This document shows, piece after piece, positions 12,836 through 23,949 of a stretch of 64,000 bases of DNA. The notes below the pieces were generated by a model. The model did no database searches, was not told the origin of the DNA, and saw nothing but the letters and a program-made list of their open reading frames with translations. Numbering within the stretch: position 1 is the first letter of the stretch; every line of letters begins with the position of its first letter. The DNA is from Eutreptiella sp. 'Long Island Sound 2002'. Taxonomy: Eukaryota > Protista > Euglenida. The position numbers were made by a program, and so were the translations under genes. The stretch covers positions 68,448,001 through 68,512,000 of the forward strand of contig OZ038379.1 of assembly GCA_964036045.1 (NCBI GenBank). The letters run 5' to 3'.

Positions 12836-13207
12836 CCAGGGCGGCTTCTCTTTGAGGAGTGGCGGAGCATTCATATATATTGTTCTAGCAGGGTTCTAGC
12901 GAACCGTTCTAGCGGCGTTCTAGCAACGCTCGCTAGAACGTCGCTAGAACGCCGCTAGAACGAAAAAATTTTGGACTCCAAAATCAGGTGAAAATAGTGA
13001 AATTGTGAAAAAAAAAAAAGGTATGGGCCCCCGAGTATGGATAGGGGGGTCCGAAAAAAGTATGGGCCCCGAGTATGGATAGGGGGGTCCAGGTTAGACA
13101 CCTCACCCCCCCCCTGCGGGGGGGGTATCCCCCTCTCTTTTTCGTTCTGGCCGCTCTAGCCGGTTCTAGGCTAGAACGAGATTGGGTATTCTAGCGTGTA
13201 CCGGGGG

Positions 13208-15110
13208 AACCGGCAGCCTGTGGCTGCGCTTGGACTTGCTGAGCGTTGAAAGCTGTGGCGATCCAGTATGCTCTGGCCTATTGCTGGCCGCCGATCAAAG
13301 CTTCCCGTTTATCCACACTTTGCTTTTTGTCTCGCCTACGTGTTCTAAACCCCCCCCCACTTATTACCCCCCCCCCGGGGGTAGTAGCAGTGCGGATTGG
13401 TTGAGGGTGCCGGGGGGTGGGTTATAAGTGGGGGGGGGGGGGTAGAAGTCCCTTGGTGGCATGGATGCAACCACATTTGCATCTTCAGACGTCATTCATC
13501 TTTTTGTAATGGAAATTGATTTGCACCGATCTGTGGGAGACCCTAGTGGTGCTGCAGCTCCTGATGATTGCTCAACTTGGGCATGTAAGAACCCAAATCT
13601 TAAGCTCACGTCTGATGGTAGCCACATTGATTTGACAGAACTGCCTGGTTATCAATATGACGCCAATGATGCATTGATTTGGTTCCGGCCAAAGCATGCT
13701 CTTGAGTGTGTGAATGCCAATGAGCAGCGCCCTGCAAAGAAATAGGCACAAGTCTCATTGATGCAGCTCTGGAAGAAGTAACCGATTCCTGATTATTGGC
13801 AATCCATCCGCTGGCACTTCTCGTTCTTGCTTGTGTGCTGACAAAGGGGGGTTATAAGTCCCTGGGTGGCACGGATCTCCTAGGGGGGGGGTGTTATTAG
13901 TGGGGGGGTATCATAAGTGGGGGGGGGGATAAGTGTGGGGGGGGGTGGGGGTTAGTGCTTACCCGTAACTTGTTCCGGCGGTCTTTCGGTGGTGTTCCGG
14001 GTAAAACTTTTTGTGAACGCAACTATTTTTTCACACGACAACATGGAAAACAACAAAATCTGAAAATTCTAGCAGCGCACCCTTCGGCTAGCGAACAACA
14101 TACTTTCCTAGCATGTATGGGCGTGCTTGGTTAGGGCGGCTTGGATCTCCATTGTGTGAACGGGCTTTGGATCTCCATGGGAACCGGCCTTGCATCACAC
14201 AGTGGAGATCGTACATGCAACAAAGATATGAAATCTCACACCAATGAGATGCGACGCGTGGTTGAAAAATTGGAGACAACCCTTTGCTTAGGAAAGGGGG
14301 GGGGGTAAGGGTGGAGGGGCAAATGATCAGGGGGCCCACCCATGTTTTGGCTAGTGACAAAGCTCTCAGCCTACTCCTATGGGGGGGGAGATTCAACCTC
14401 ACGAGGTACCTACCCACAAAACCACCAAGACTTCATACGGGAATGTACACAAAGAAAAGTTTCCGGAAACCGGGCAACCTTTCATGCGGCTGAGTCCCAT
14501 CAGCGGCGAGTACCTCCAAACACTATGTAACTGCAGCCCCATCGTCCGCGCTGCGGGAAGGCCAAGGGGTGCACCCACCGTTCTTACCACTCCACCATCT
14601 CCTACAAGCGCACCCCTGCCCGCATAGGGGTGTTGAGGGCCCCCAACAGACGTTCCTTACGTACCACAACGGTGTTCCAAAAGCTGCGGAATCCGGTCAA
14701 CTTATTTAGGTTTTGCGCGCTGTGCATACACGGGTTAGCAAAAAACATGCCGTCGGCGTGGCCTCATGCCGTCTCCCCATGCCTTCGCCTTAGTGTACAC
14801 GGCACGAAAGGAGGACCCGTGCCAAGGGCTCAAGTGTCATCGCAACTAGACCTACCGTGGCCCTCTTGCGGGGCCTCCGATCTTCTTCGGGCGTCCACGC
14901 TCTCCGCAGCCGCTTCTCCTATGTAAACGTCGCACTCCACGCCAACTTGGTCAATCCCAGACCAAGGAGGCCGTTTGAGACTGTGGACCATACCAACGTG
15001 TAGCTGGCGCCTTCCCTACCTTGGTGGAAGCGGCACCCCGGAGCGTTCAAACATGTGGCGATCCGGTATGCAATGGCCTATTGCCTGAAGCTGCCCATCA
15101 ACGCTTCCCT
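13208..15110. repeat. R1 unit, copy C (interrupted by a MITE) plus stub of the next unit
   Basis: Same sequence as 6520-7775. The next unit begins after ccttccctaccttggtgg at ~15020. Confidence 0.9.
13348..13952. mobile_element. ~605-bp MITE-like insertion with G/C-run TIRs
   Basis: Absent from R1 copies A and B (gttctagtgctt). Here gttcTA[aaccccccccacttatta..ataagtg..gggggt]TAgtgctt. TA duplication, with one extra A on the left. Confidence 0.8.
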
Positions 15111-16479
15111 CGGGGGGTGGGCTGGGGGGCTGGGGGGATTGGGAGCCTCCCGCTTCCCCCACCCCTCTGGGGTTGCCGCCCAGCCATTGCCCAGTGCTTT
15201 TCTCGGCTACCCATGGGGGGGGGGGGGGGCTCCTGTGCTGGCCCTCGAGGCGTCAGTGATTGTAGCCTCTCTCCGTCATGGGACAGGCCGGCCCATGTCG
15301 CCTTGCGCGGTGGTTCCTTCTCCAAGTTGCCTTTCTGCCAAGGGCGCCAAAGCCACTCTTCCATACCCCTTGCGACCACGTTGGTCTACACCAGTTGGTG
15401 AAGTGGTGGACCCAATCCATATCGTCCCCGGGTGCCTGAGCCCTTCGCTACCCGCGGGTGTCCCAAGTGGGCATACCTTCAGCAGTTGGCGAGCCCTTGC
15501 CAAGGCGCACAGCAATGGTCGCACAATGGTGCGCAATGAAAGGCGCAAAGACCACCGCTGGCTCTTGTGCCCTTCCAAACCTCTGGTGCACATGCGGAGC
15601 AACCACCGCCATGAACGATGAGGATGCTGCCGATGCCGGCATTGCCGCCCAAATTTGGCCCAGGGCAACCGTATCCTGGCCCCTTGTGCCGGCAACGCCG
15701 ATGACCCACACAAAGGCGGGTGTTCTCGCCTTTACCTTATGGTTCGATAGACCAATCGGTAGGTGTGACCAACTCCCATCAGCCCACGGGTCCCCGACAC
15801 CCGGCACCACAAAGCCGGGGGGACGTGCCGAGTAAATGGACTGGCCGGCGCTGGCCTGAATTGCACGTGTTGTGGCCACGAGCGTAGGGGCCAACAGCCA
15901 CCGGACGCCGAGGGGTCGGCACATTCCATTAGGCGGGGGGGGGGGGGGGGGCAACGCAGGCGGGGCGCTCAATGACCTCCATTTTGCGTCAAAATGGGGC
16001 CATATTGGGATGGGTACTGGGAAGGGTAGCCTAGTGCCAGCGGTGTAGGTGTCGCCCTAGCAGGCGACGTACTTAGACAAAACAAGGAAGGCGGACCAGG
16101 TTACAACCAACTCCAAAAGGAGCCCTACGAAATGGGGTGCGGGAAAGAGGGCCTCCGCATACATACGGATGGCATGCACCTTGCTTTTGTGGAACGCCCG
16201 GAGGGGAGTGTGCTAGATGGCCTCCGAGAAACAGGCCCGGATGAGGGGGGTCGATGACGTCCATTGGACGATCACATTGGACTACTTGCTGTCCCGAAGA
16301 ATGTTGGCACCACTAAGCCCAAAAAGTGTCCTCCTCGGCTCCGTGAAGACAGAGTAAGGGTAAGACATAACGAACACTTTGGACAAAGCAGAGTTCATAA
16401 AAGCTATTCATAGTTCATGGTTCATTTATGAATCGTTCATGGATGAAAAATAAATTATTAACAATGCTGCTATTCACGC

Positions 16480-17068
16480 AGGTACCAACGGTAGGATTCG
16501 AGCTCCTTTTTTGTGTGCCACATGAAATTTTGATGTGCGGGCAACCCATGTTTTATTAGTCCCTCAAGTGGCCCACAATTTCCTGACTCTAAACCCTAAA
16601 GATTGTAATTAGATTCTTGTGTCCCATATGAATTCTAAATGTTGCACAGATACATTTTTGGATGTTCCCCCATGTGGCATTGTTAGTTCCTAACAGTTAC
16701 GAAGAGGATGCGAATGTAAATTCTAGATTCCACATGACGTTTTGATGTGCGGAGGATCCATTTTGTATTGTTTCCCCAAGTGGCATTTATAAACTCCTAA
16801 ACCCAAACCCATAAAATAATGGTTTTTTTTTGTATCCCACATTAAGTTTTCATGTGGTGTGGATGCAGTTTTGGACATTCCCCCATGTGTCATCGTTAAC
16901 TCTTGGCCCTCATTAATAGGATTGGAATGTGGCTTTTGTCTCCCTCATGCAGTATTGATCTCCGAGGGAGCAAGCATTGTATATTCCCTTCTGTGCCATT
17001 TTTAACTCCTAACCCCATAGCAATAGGATTCGAAATTCATTTTGTGGCCTACCTAAGTTTTCATTTGG
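16480..17068. repeat. Degenerate ~212-bp AT-rich tandem repeat, resumed at 23441-23600
   Basis: ttggatgttccccatgtg near 16659 and ttggacattccccatgtg near 16871; tttgatgtgcgg near 16529 and 16741. The right flank of the 6.37-kb element continues the unit. Confidence 0.65.
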
Positions 17069-17723
17069 CTTAGGCCACGCTAACTGCCCACCCCCCTACC
17101 CACAGGCTCAACTCCGCGGGGCCATACTGTAACCCCCCCCCCCCGCCCCGCCAAAACAGGGTATGAATTTTGCACCTAGGGGACCCCTTACTCCTGGTAG
17201 GAAAAAATGAGTATCTCTATTTACCTAAAATGCCATTCTCATATAACCACATCCTAGTCGTCAAAACACAAGAAGCATGTATGCATACTGAAAAAGCACA
17301 CGAAGAATGCAGGTTTCTTCAATACAACAAACCTTTCTGTGTTACACACAAATGTATCAACCTGCGAAGCGATGCAGTGCAAGAAGTAGGGTAGCACACA
17401 CTTGGCAAGGGTTGCTGCACCCTGTGTGTGCCCAAAAACTGTCAATTGACAGTCACTCAAATTCATGCATCATAATCAAGGTCTCTATTTGCCATTAATG
17501 AGTCCTCTGGGCAAAATTTAGTCCCGCTTTGCAAAAATGTAAAAACGAACTGTGTATTCCAAGAAATACCTGAACTTGGGCGAAATTACTTCTAGCTTTA
17601 GTAAAGCACAAAAAAAACAGTGCCCAAAATGTCAATGGTATCTGTAGAGACAGCGCACAACGCCATTGTGACGTGCAACAGGGAAAACATACAACACAGC
17701 AGTCAGCACACACCACTGTCACT

Positions 17724-19903
17724 CTATCGCCGCTTCCTCAGGCCAGGTGCCTTTGGTTTGGCACCCTTACCAGTAAACTGCCCACCATTTGCTTGTGGTG
17801 CCTGGTGACGAGGCATCTCACTGTTAGCACTACCAGTGGCACCACGTCCATTCTGTGTCTGATGGGACGGTGTGAAGTGGGCTGCAAACATGCCCATCGC
17901 CTTGTTGGGTGAAGGCTTTGCTCCAGGCTTGGGGCTCTGCTGTGAGGGGCTTGCTCCACCCTTTGATTTTTTGGCCTTGGCGGGGGGCCGTCCCCGTGCT
18001 TGCCGGTTGCCTTTTGGGGGGGGGGGGTTCTGGGATTCACCGTCCACTTCCTCTGGTTGGGTGGCCTCCTCTTCTTGCTCTACATACCTCCTTCCCGTAC
18101 AATCTACTGGAAACCCATCTGCAAGTGCTTCACACACTCGGTCCCACTGGATTGGTGCCACAGCGTCGCAATTCTACACAGCGGCCCTCAAATTAGTAAC
18201 AATTGACTCAAGAATAGACTTCTCCTTAGAGAAATATGCAGCTGCAATGTTCACAGGAAAAATGCTCTGAATGGACAGGGCTACACAAAAATGTGGCTGC
18301 TGTGTGCAGACCGTTACCCCTGTACTATTCTGGTGAATCAAATCCAAAGCATACAGCAAATAACAGAACACTTCAACAGGAATGGCAGTCGTCAGGGGCC
18401 CTGAATATAAGAAAGATATCGAGGTAGGCGTGCAGAAAACTAGTGCAGACTACGCAGTGCAAGAGCAATCTGTCCCATGCTGTACAGTGCTGATGGCTTG
18501 GACAAGTTTCACACACATACATCGGCATGGAAAAATTCCTCAGCACAGGCAGCTTTCAGGTTGCGAACACGAGCCTGAACATCAGCAGTCTCACCAGTGA
18601 CTGCCATCAAAATACCATTCAATACAAATTGTGCCACAATATTGTGCAGGGCCAACGTCCACATACGTGGGACCTCAATCAGGATGCAGACAAATGGTAG
18701 TGCACTAATAAAGCTGGGAACACGGCAGCCTCCCCACAAAGGGAGTAGCTCAACTCTACCCTCGTCCTTCAGAACTTTCCCTGTGTTTGTCTCAATAATG
18801 GTGTCACCCAGCTTAAGACGCATATGCCCACCGTCAGCCTTTTCAATACTTGGCGTCACACGGGGCTTGTGAAGCCTGTCACGTAACCCTTGGTAAAGGT
18901 CGGAGGTCCAAAAGACTGCCTTGACAACAGAAGCCCACGGTGGCCAAGGTGACTCGGGACTCCACACTCAGCTGCCATACAGGAGCCGGATATGGGCCAC
19001 AACACGACATTGTTCTTTGCACATGGTCACAGTACCGAGATTTGCTGCAGAGGGTATACACAGGACACAAATGAGGCAGTTGAAAAATGGTATGCTTATG
19101 AACAAAAATCGAGGGACCTGGGCGAAATTTCGCCCAGCTCCGCCTAGGCAACGAAATAAACACCACGAAATCACTACCACTGAGAGTGCAGAATAATGCA
19201 GAATAAGTCAGCATACCCGTGGACTCGTGCACAAACCCCTCTGTGACTGCATCCGGATGGAGCACATGACAATTCCACAACTGCTCAACTTTGGCCAACT
19301 TTATTTCACGTTTGATACCCAGTACTGAGCTTTTAGTACCCCACATGTAGAGGACAATGCTTGACAGTCTGTCTGGCATCAATCCTTCGCATTCTTTGAA
19401 AACCCCAAGCGCCGGTTCAACATCTCGCTTCTCCATCCCATGGACTGCATAAACAGCTGGCTGCCCAATGAATTTGACAAGTTTGCCCAACCCTGCCCAA
19501 CGCTTGGCTACAGCCACCTTAAGACAGCAAGAGACACGTAAAAATACAGGCTGAAAGTAAGGTATAACGGATACAGTCGAAACGTTGAACACACCACATT
19601 GCCTTCATCAGCTGTAATACCAATTTCAGCCAACATGATTTGAGTATGGGTGAGCAGGGGGGCATCTGGATCCTCCGCAATATGCTCTAGTAGGAGTGCC
19701 ATCCGCTCACTGGTTGTTAACACACTACTGCTTGTGGTCTGCACTTGATGAAGCCCTGCTAGCTTTCTTCGTATGGGCAAAGGAGTGTCTCTTCTAACCT
19801 CAAAGCCTTCGAACTCTCTCGTCCATATAGGCAGGGGGTGATTTTTGGATTCCTTGTCCTTGCGATGTTGCATAGCAGCCGTGTAGATGTGCTGACCCCC
19901 CAT
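17724..19903 (-). pseudogene. Decayed multi-exon gene of unknown function inside the 6.37-kb element
   Basis: Same-strand ORF chain 19508-19903, 19196-19592, 18509-18967 and 17724-18161. Candidate GT(19216)..AG(18972) intron. No family recognised. Confidence 0.45.
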
Positions 19904-20318
19904 GGCATACCAAAACCTAGCTGTACATGAGCTAACAGGCGGTACAGAGTAACATCAAATGGCACTAAAGATCGAGTACAATCGAAACACGACAGGGCAG
20001 AACATACGCACGCCAAGTACCAGCAATAAATCGTAAGGAGTACACAAGGTTGGGACTGATTTGATTGTGTTATATGCTATTGTGCTTCCAGCTGGGCGAA
20101 ATTTCGCCTAGGCGCCCGACTTTCATGATTTTGAGTGTGGTATTATTTGAAACTGCCAGACCTGGGCGAAATTTCGCCCAGCTTTCCAGTCATTGCGAAT
20201 TTGGCATCCTTCAGCATCGTGTCATCCCTGTTGAACAGCAGTTTGTGTTTTTGGACCTGGGTTCTCCAAATTTGATCTAATTTGGCTAATATCTCTGTCG
20301 GAGCACCTGAATATCACC

Positions 20319-20700
20319 ATGTCTGCACTCTGCACCTGCTGTTTTGTTACCTTCCAAGCAATGTCTGCTATGGAAATCTCTCAAAATGTTGGTACACCGC
20401 CCGAAAACCTGGCCAATGATGAAGATCATCTTAGCGGAAGTGAGAAAACTCCTGCTGCTGAAGCCCCCACACCAGAACCAGAGCCCAAACCAGCCGCCAA
20501 ACCGAAGCCAAAGCCCAAACCCAAAGGAAAAGCAGAAATCAATCTGGCAAATTACCTCACTTCCACAAAACGCGTTCGTGTGCGATGGGATCAGATCCTG
20601 ATTGATAGAGACCGCGCAGAAGGCCAGGTTCGTGGGCTGAACCCTGACCGAGTCCAAGCCCGCTATGACGATTTATTACGGGCACCACCACCTGATTGTA
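20319..20700 (+). pseudogene. ORF with a putative ParB/Srx-like N-terminal segment, truncated
   Basis: VRVRWDQILIDRDRAEGQVRGLNPDRVQARYDDLLRAPPP resembles the start of ParB-like domains. The downstream GxH/GxxR motif is missing because the ORF runs into the antisense transposase tail. Confidence 0.4.
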
Positions 20701-22900
20701 TCCTCCCAACTCCTCCTCCTCATCAAGCACTTCCAGGGACGAGTCACTGCGCACCTCTTCTGGGCCCTCAGTGGCACTGTCAACATCATTGAAATCATCT
20801 ACCACCGGTAGAGCAGCATACATGGGGTGGAGGGCGAGGGGTTTGGGGGGGGGGGTCTAGGGGGAGGGGTGGGGGGGGCCGGGGGGACAACCACCGGCAC
20901 ACCGTGCGCTGGGGGTTTGGCGGCTGGTTTTGGAGCATTACCACCGGCTGTGTTGATACTCTGGTAGTGTGCACTTCGCTGCCTCTGATCAACATTGGAG
21001 CGTTTCTGATTGCATGCATTCAGAAAATCCTCAACACCATTGGGTATTTTAGTCTTGGCAATCAGACACCGTAGGCTATGCCGAACAAAGCTCAAAAATT
21101 GCTCCTCTATAACCCTTGTACGCGACAACACTCCCGGAAATTGCATGCGGGGGGCTTCATCAAGACGTTTGACCACATACTTATCCTCTTCCAGGACAGC
21201 AATGGGGAACCAGGAATGTGATATGTTCTGAATGAACAAACGCACGTGCTTTGTGTACTTGTCCACAGACTTCTGCGTCCGGACACCCTGGCACTTTTTC
21301 TAGCCTGGAAGTGTGGGGGGGAGAGTTAAAAAAATATCGGTTGTCTGCTGCACTGATTGCGCGTTATCAACCTCCCTTGACCTCATGAGTAGGCGACTAA
21401 GCATTGCTTCGCCGTACTCCTCAGAAAACAGGCAACCAAGTGCCCGGGTGTACGGGTCGGACCAAAAAAGGAGTGCTACAGTATTGGTACGCAGGTATTC
21501 AGTGCTCAGCCACTTGTCAGAAAGTATGCTATTCATCATCAAGACAGTACTCATTCCAATGCATTCTTTTGCAGCTGCACTGGAATTCAGAGAGCGACCG
21601 TTCCAGTTACATTCACGCACAACCCCTAGTGCCTGAAGTGCTGCGCAGTACGAGTGTAACAAGGCCTTCAGGGCTAACGGACATTTTAGACCCAGTCTTT
21701 GAGCATTAGACAACTCGGCAAGATTACTCATAAGGACCTGGGTAGTACTATCAAGCCGTGCTTTGTTAGCAGATGTAGCCAGGAACAAACCAACAATGGT
21801 TTTTTCCATGTGACGCAGTTTGACTTTCATGGGCACCACAGCCCTTGCCTTCAAGTCCCAACCCTCCTCAAGAAATTTAATAATAGGGGCAAATGCCTTA
21901 TAGGTTATTTCCACAGAATACTTATATGGGTGCCAGACACTGTGAAGCAACGGGTGTCCCAACAGGAACTGGTCTACGTGCCAAGGGGCATAGCTTGCTC
22001 CCAACGACATTTTCAGGAATGCGCAAAAGATCTTCATGTCAATGAGAAATGGCACAGTCCGTCTCGTCTTCACCTGCAAGCATTCTAGCCCACTAACAAA
22101 CTCCAATAACTCAACATGACTTCCGCATTTCAGGGGTGATAACAGAAAGGGCCTCCAGTTGAGGGATACCATAGCATTGCGAGCATAGTCCAGAGGTGCA
22201 CAAACCCAGGTCCGCAGAATAGGCCCATCTGGCAGTGTACTTGTTTGCAACAGCAACCCAACAGAGCGAACAAGGGAGTCCACAACCCCGGGTATACATT
22301 GTGCCACATCATCCAGACCGGGCAAACCGTGGTACTGGGGCGGCTCAGTACTGTGCAACACACCAACAGCAGTCACAGTCAAAGTCTTATCAGGGCTATG
22401 GGGGTCCACCCCATTGATGTAGCGATGGTAATTGTCGAACCACAGTGTAATTTGCTGTCTCTCCAATGAATGCCACAGGTGTGAAGCTTGAACACACGCC
22501 TGGGCCGAGATAGTAAGAGCATTGATAGTGCATTCCCCTGCCATTGCCACCTAGACTACGTCATTGTACCGCGATATGAGGCTCCAGTGGCTCTCTCCGC
22601 ACGGGGATATGTCAGCGCTCGCACAATGTTGTATAGTGAGAAAACTTGCTTCTACAGTACCAAAAACCATCTTGGTGGACGACTAGAACTGAAGGCAGCC
22701 CGCACATGCCCAGCATTACGTCTAGTCTTTCTATTGTGACGCAAATCGAGTGCCAGCTGCAGCAGCGGGAGTGTCCTCCCTTTGGTCATTGCCACCCAAA
22801 TGAGAGCCTTCGGGGTACGAACGCGAGTACCCCCGACGGCTGTTTGAAGAAAGCGCACATCAATCATGTCTCACAGCCACATTGGCAGAAGCACCCCTAA
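20700..22900 (-). pseudogene. DDE-type transposase (DUF6589-like motif order); 416-aa core ORF 21300-22550
   Basis: LWFDNY (~22435), PFLIDMKIF (~22035), VWHPYKY (~21925), FSEEYGEAMLSRL (~21415), i.e. D..D..H..E. Flanking frames 22652-22867 and 20799-21266 continue it. Confidence 0.6.
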
Positions 22901-23949
22901 GAGTCAGTGAACAGAAACCAACAAAGGTACCACCCCGTAGGTAAAGGGTGTCAAGGCAAGCTGGAAGAAATTTCGCCCAGGTTCAACTTTATCGACCGGT
23001 GGGCCTAAGTGACAGGCAGGCAAAGGGCAACATATCATGCACAGGACAAGGAAAGAAACAATTGGGGGGGGGGGCTGGAAGGAATTTCGCCCAGGATCAC
23101 TGATTGGTGTTTTTTAAGCTATATATTTTGCAGAACAGGCGTAGCTGGGCGAAATTTCGCCCAAGGTCATCAAGACATCAAAATATGTATACCTTTTTTG
23201 CTATCGAGGGGGGCTGGGGGAAATTTCGCCCACGTCTGGGCAAATTGGCAAATAGAGACAGTGAATTTGAGTTTGGAAGTGTGTATGCATAGGACACGCA
23301 AGAAATGTAGAACTATTCTATACCACCTATTACAATACAGGCGACACATGGAAAACATAGGCACAAAAACAAAGACACAGAAAAGGCGACAAAGTGCACA
23401 TGTTTGGGTCGTAAGGGGCGGGAAATTAGTGTGGCCTAAGTTTGGATGAGATCCGTTTTTGGGCATTCGCCTGGGTTACAGTCCTGATTCCGAAATCTAG
23501 ACCAAGGGGGTTAGAATGTCATTTTTGTGGCCTGCAAAAAAATTTGATGGAGGGGGGGGGGTCGAAATTTGGATGTTCCCTCAAGTCTTCATGTTTTGGG
23601 CGGGATAGGTAGCATGTTCGAGTCCCAACTCTTGCCCCACTGTCGTTCCACGTTTTTTACCGACAGCTCCATCTATCACGGACCCAGCACGGCCATAGTG
23701 CGCATAATGATAAGTCTACCTCATTGGTATTGATGTGAAAAGGCTTCGGGTGAAGAGAGTGCAAATTTCACACGAGATATGTACCAATTTCATGCCAACT
23801 TCGTACCAGTTCATGTGAATTTTTGTGCCATTCACTCACACCATCACCAATACGCCCCCCCACCCCACCGCGCGGTAAAACAGACTCCAAACCTTGTCAC
23901 ACAAGCCACCAACGCCATTGTGCACCATCCATATCCTTATTCTTCGTTT

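Larger units (their letters stand above)
7776..13207 (+). mobile_element. Complete 5.43-kb DNA transposon (CMC/Transib/RAG1-like)
   Basis: TIRs 7776-7820 and 13163-13207 match at 42/45 (CCC..GGG ends). AA duplicated at 7774-75 and 13208-09. The flanks rejoin into an intact R1 junction (ttggtg.aa.c.gca.cc.gtggctgcgc). Confidence 0.9.
17507..23233. promoter_or_regulatory. Dispersed 20-bp palindrome CTGGGCGAAATTTCGCCCAG, 9 copies
   Basis: Perfect at 19118 and 20162; 1 mismatch at 20092 and 23145; degenerate at 17507, 17576, 22961, 23075 and 23214. Not seen outside the element. Function is inferred only. Confidence 0.6.
17069..23440. mobile_element. Complete 6.37-kb multi-gene DNA transposon
   Basis: TIRs 17069-17094 (cttaggccacgctaactgcccacccc) and 23415-23440 match at 22/26. 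TTTGG duplicated at 17064-68 and 23441-45. Confidence 0.85.

Noticed and set aside
10055-12874. Long Pro/Gly-rich minus-strand ORFs (10068-10970, 11863-12870, 12005-12874)
   Set aside because: They are antisense shadows of GC-rich, purine-skewed + strand exons.
15110-16370. Retroelement-like coding fragments
   Set aside because: No diagnostic motif was found, so the region is left unannotated.
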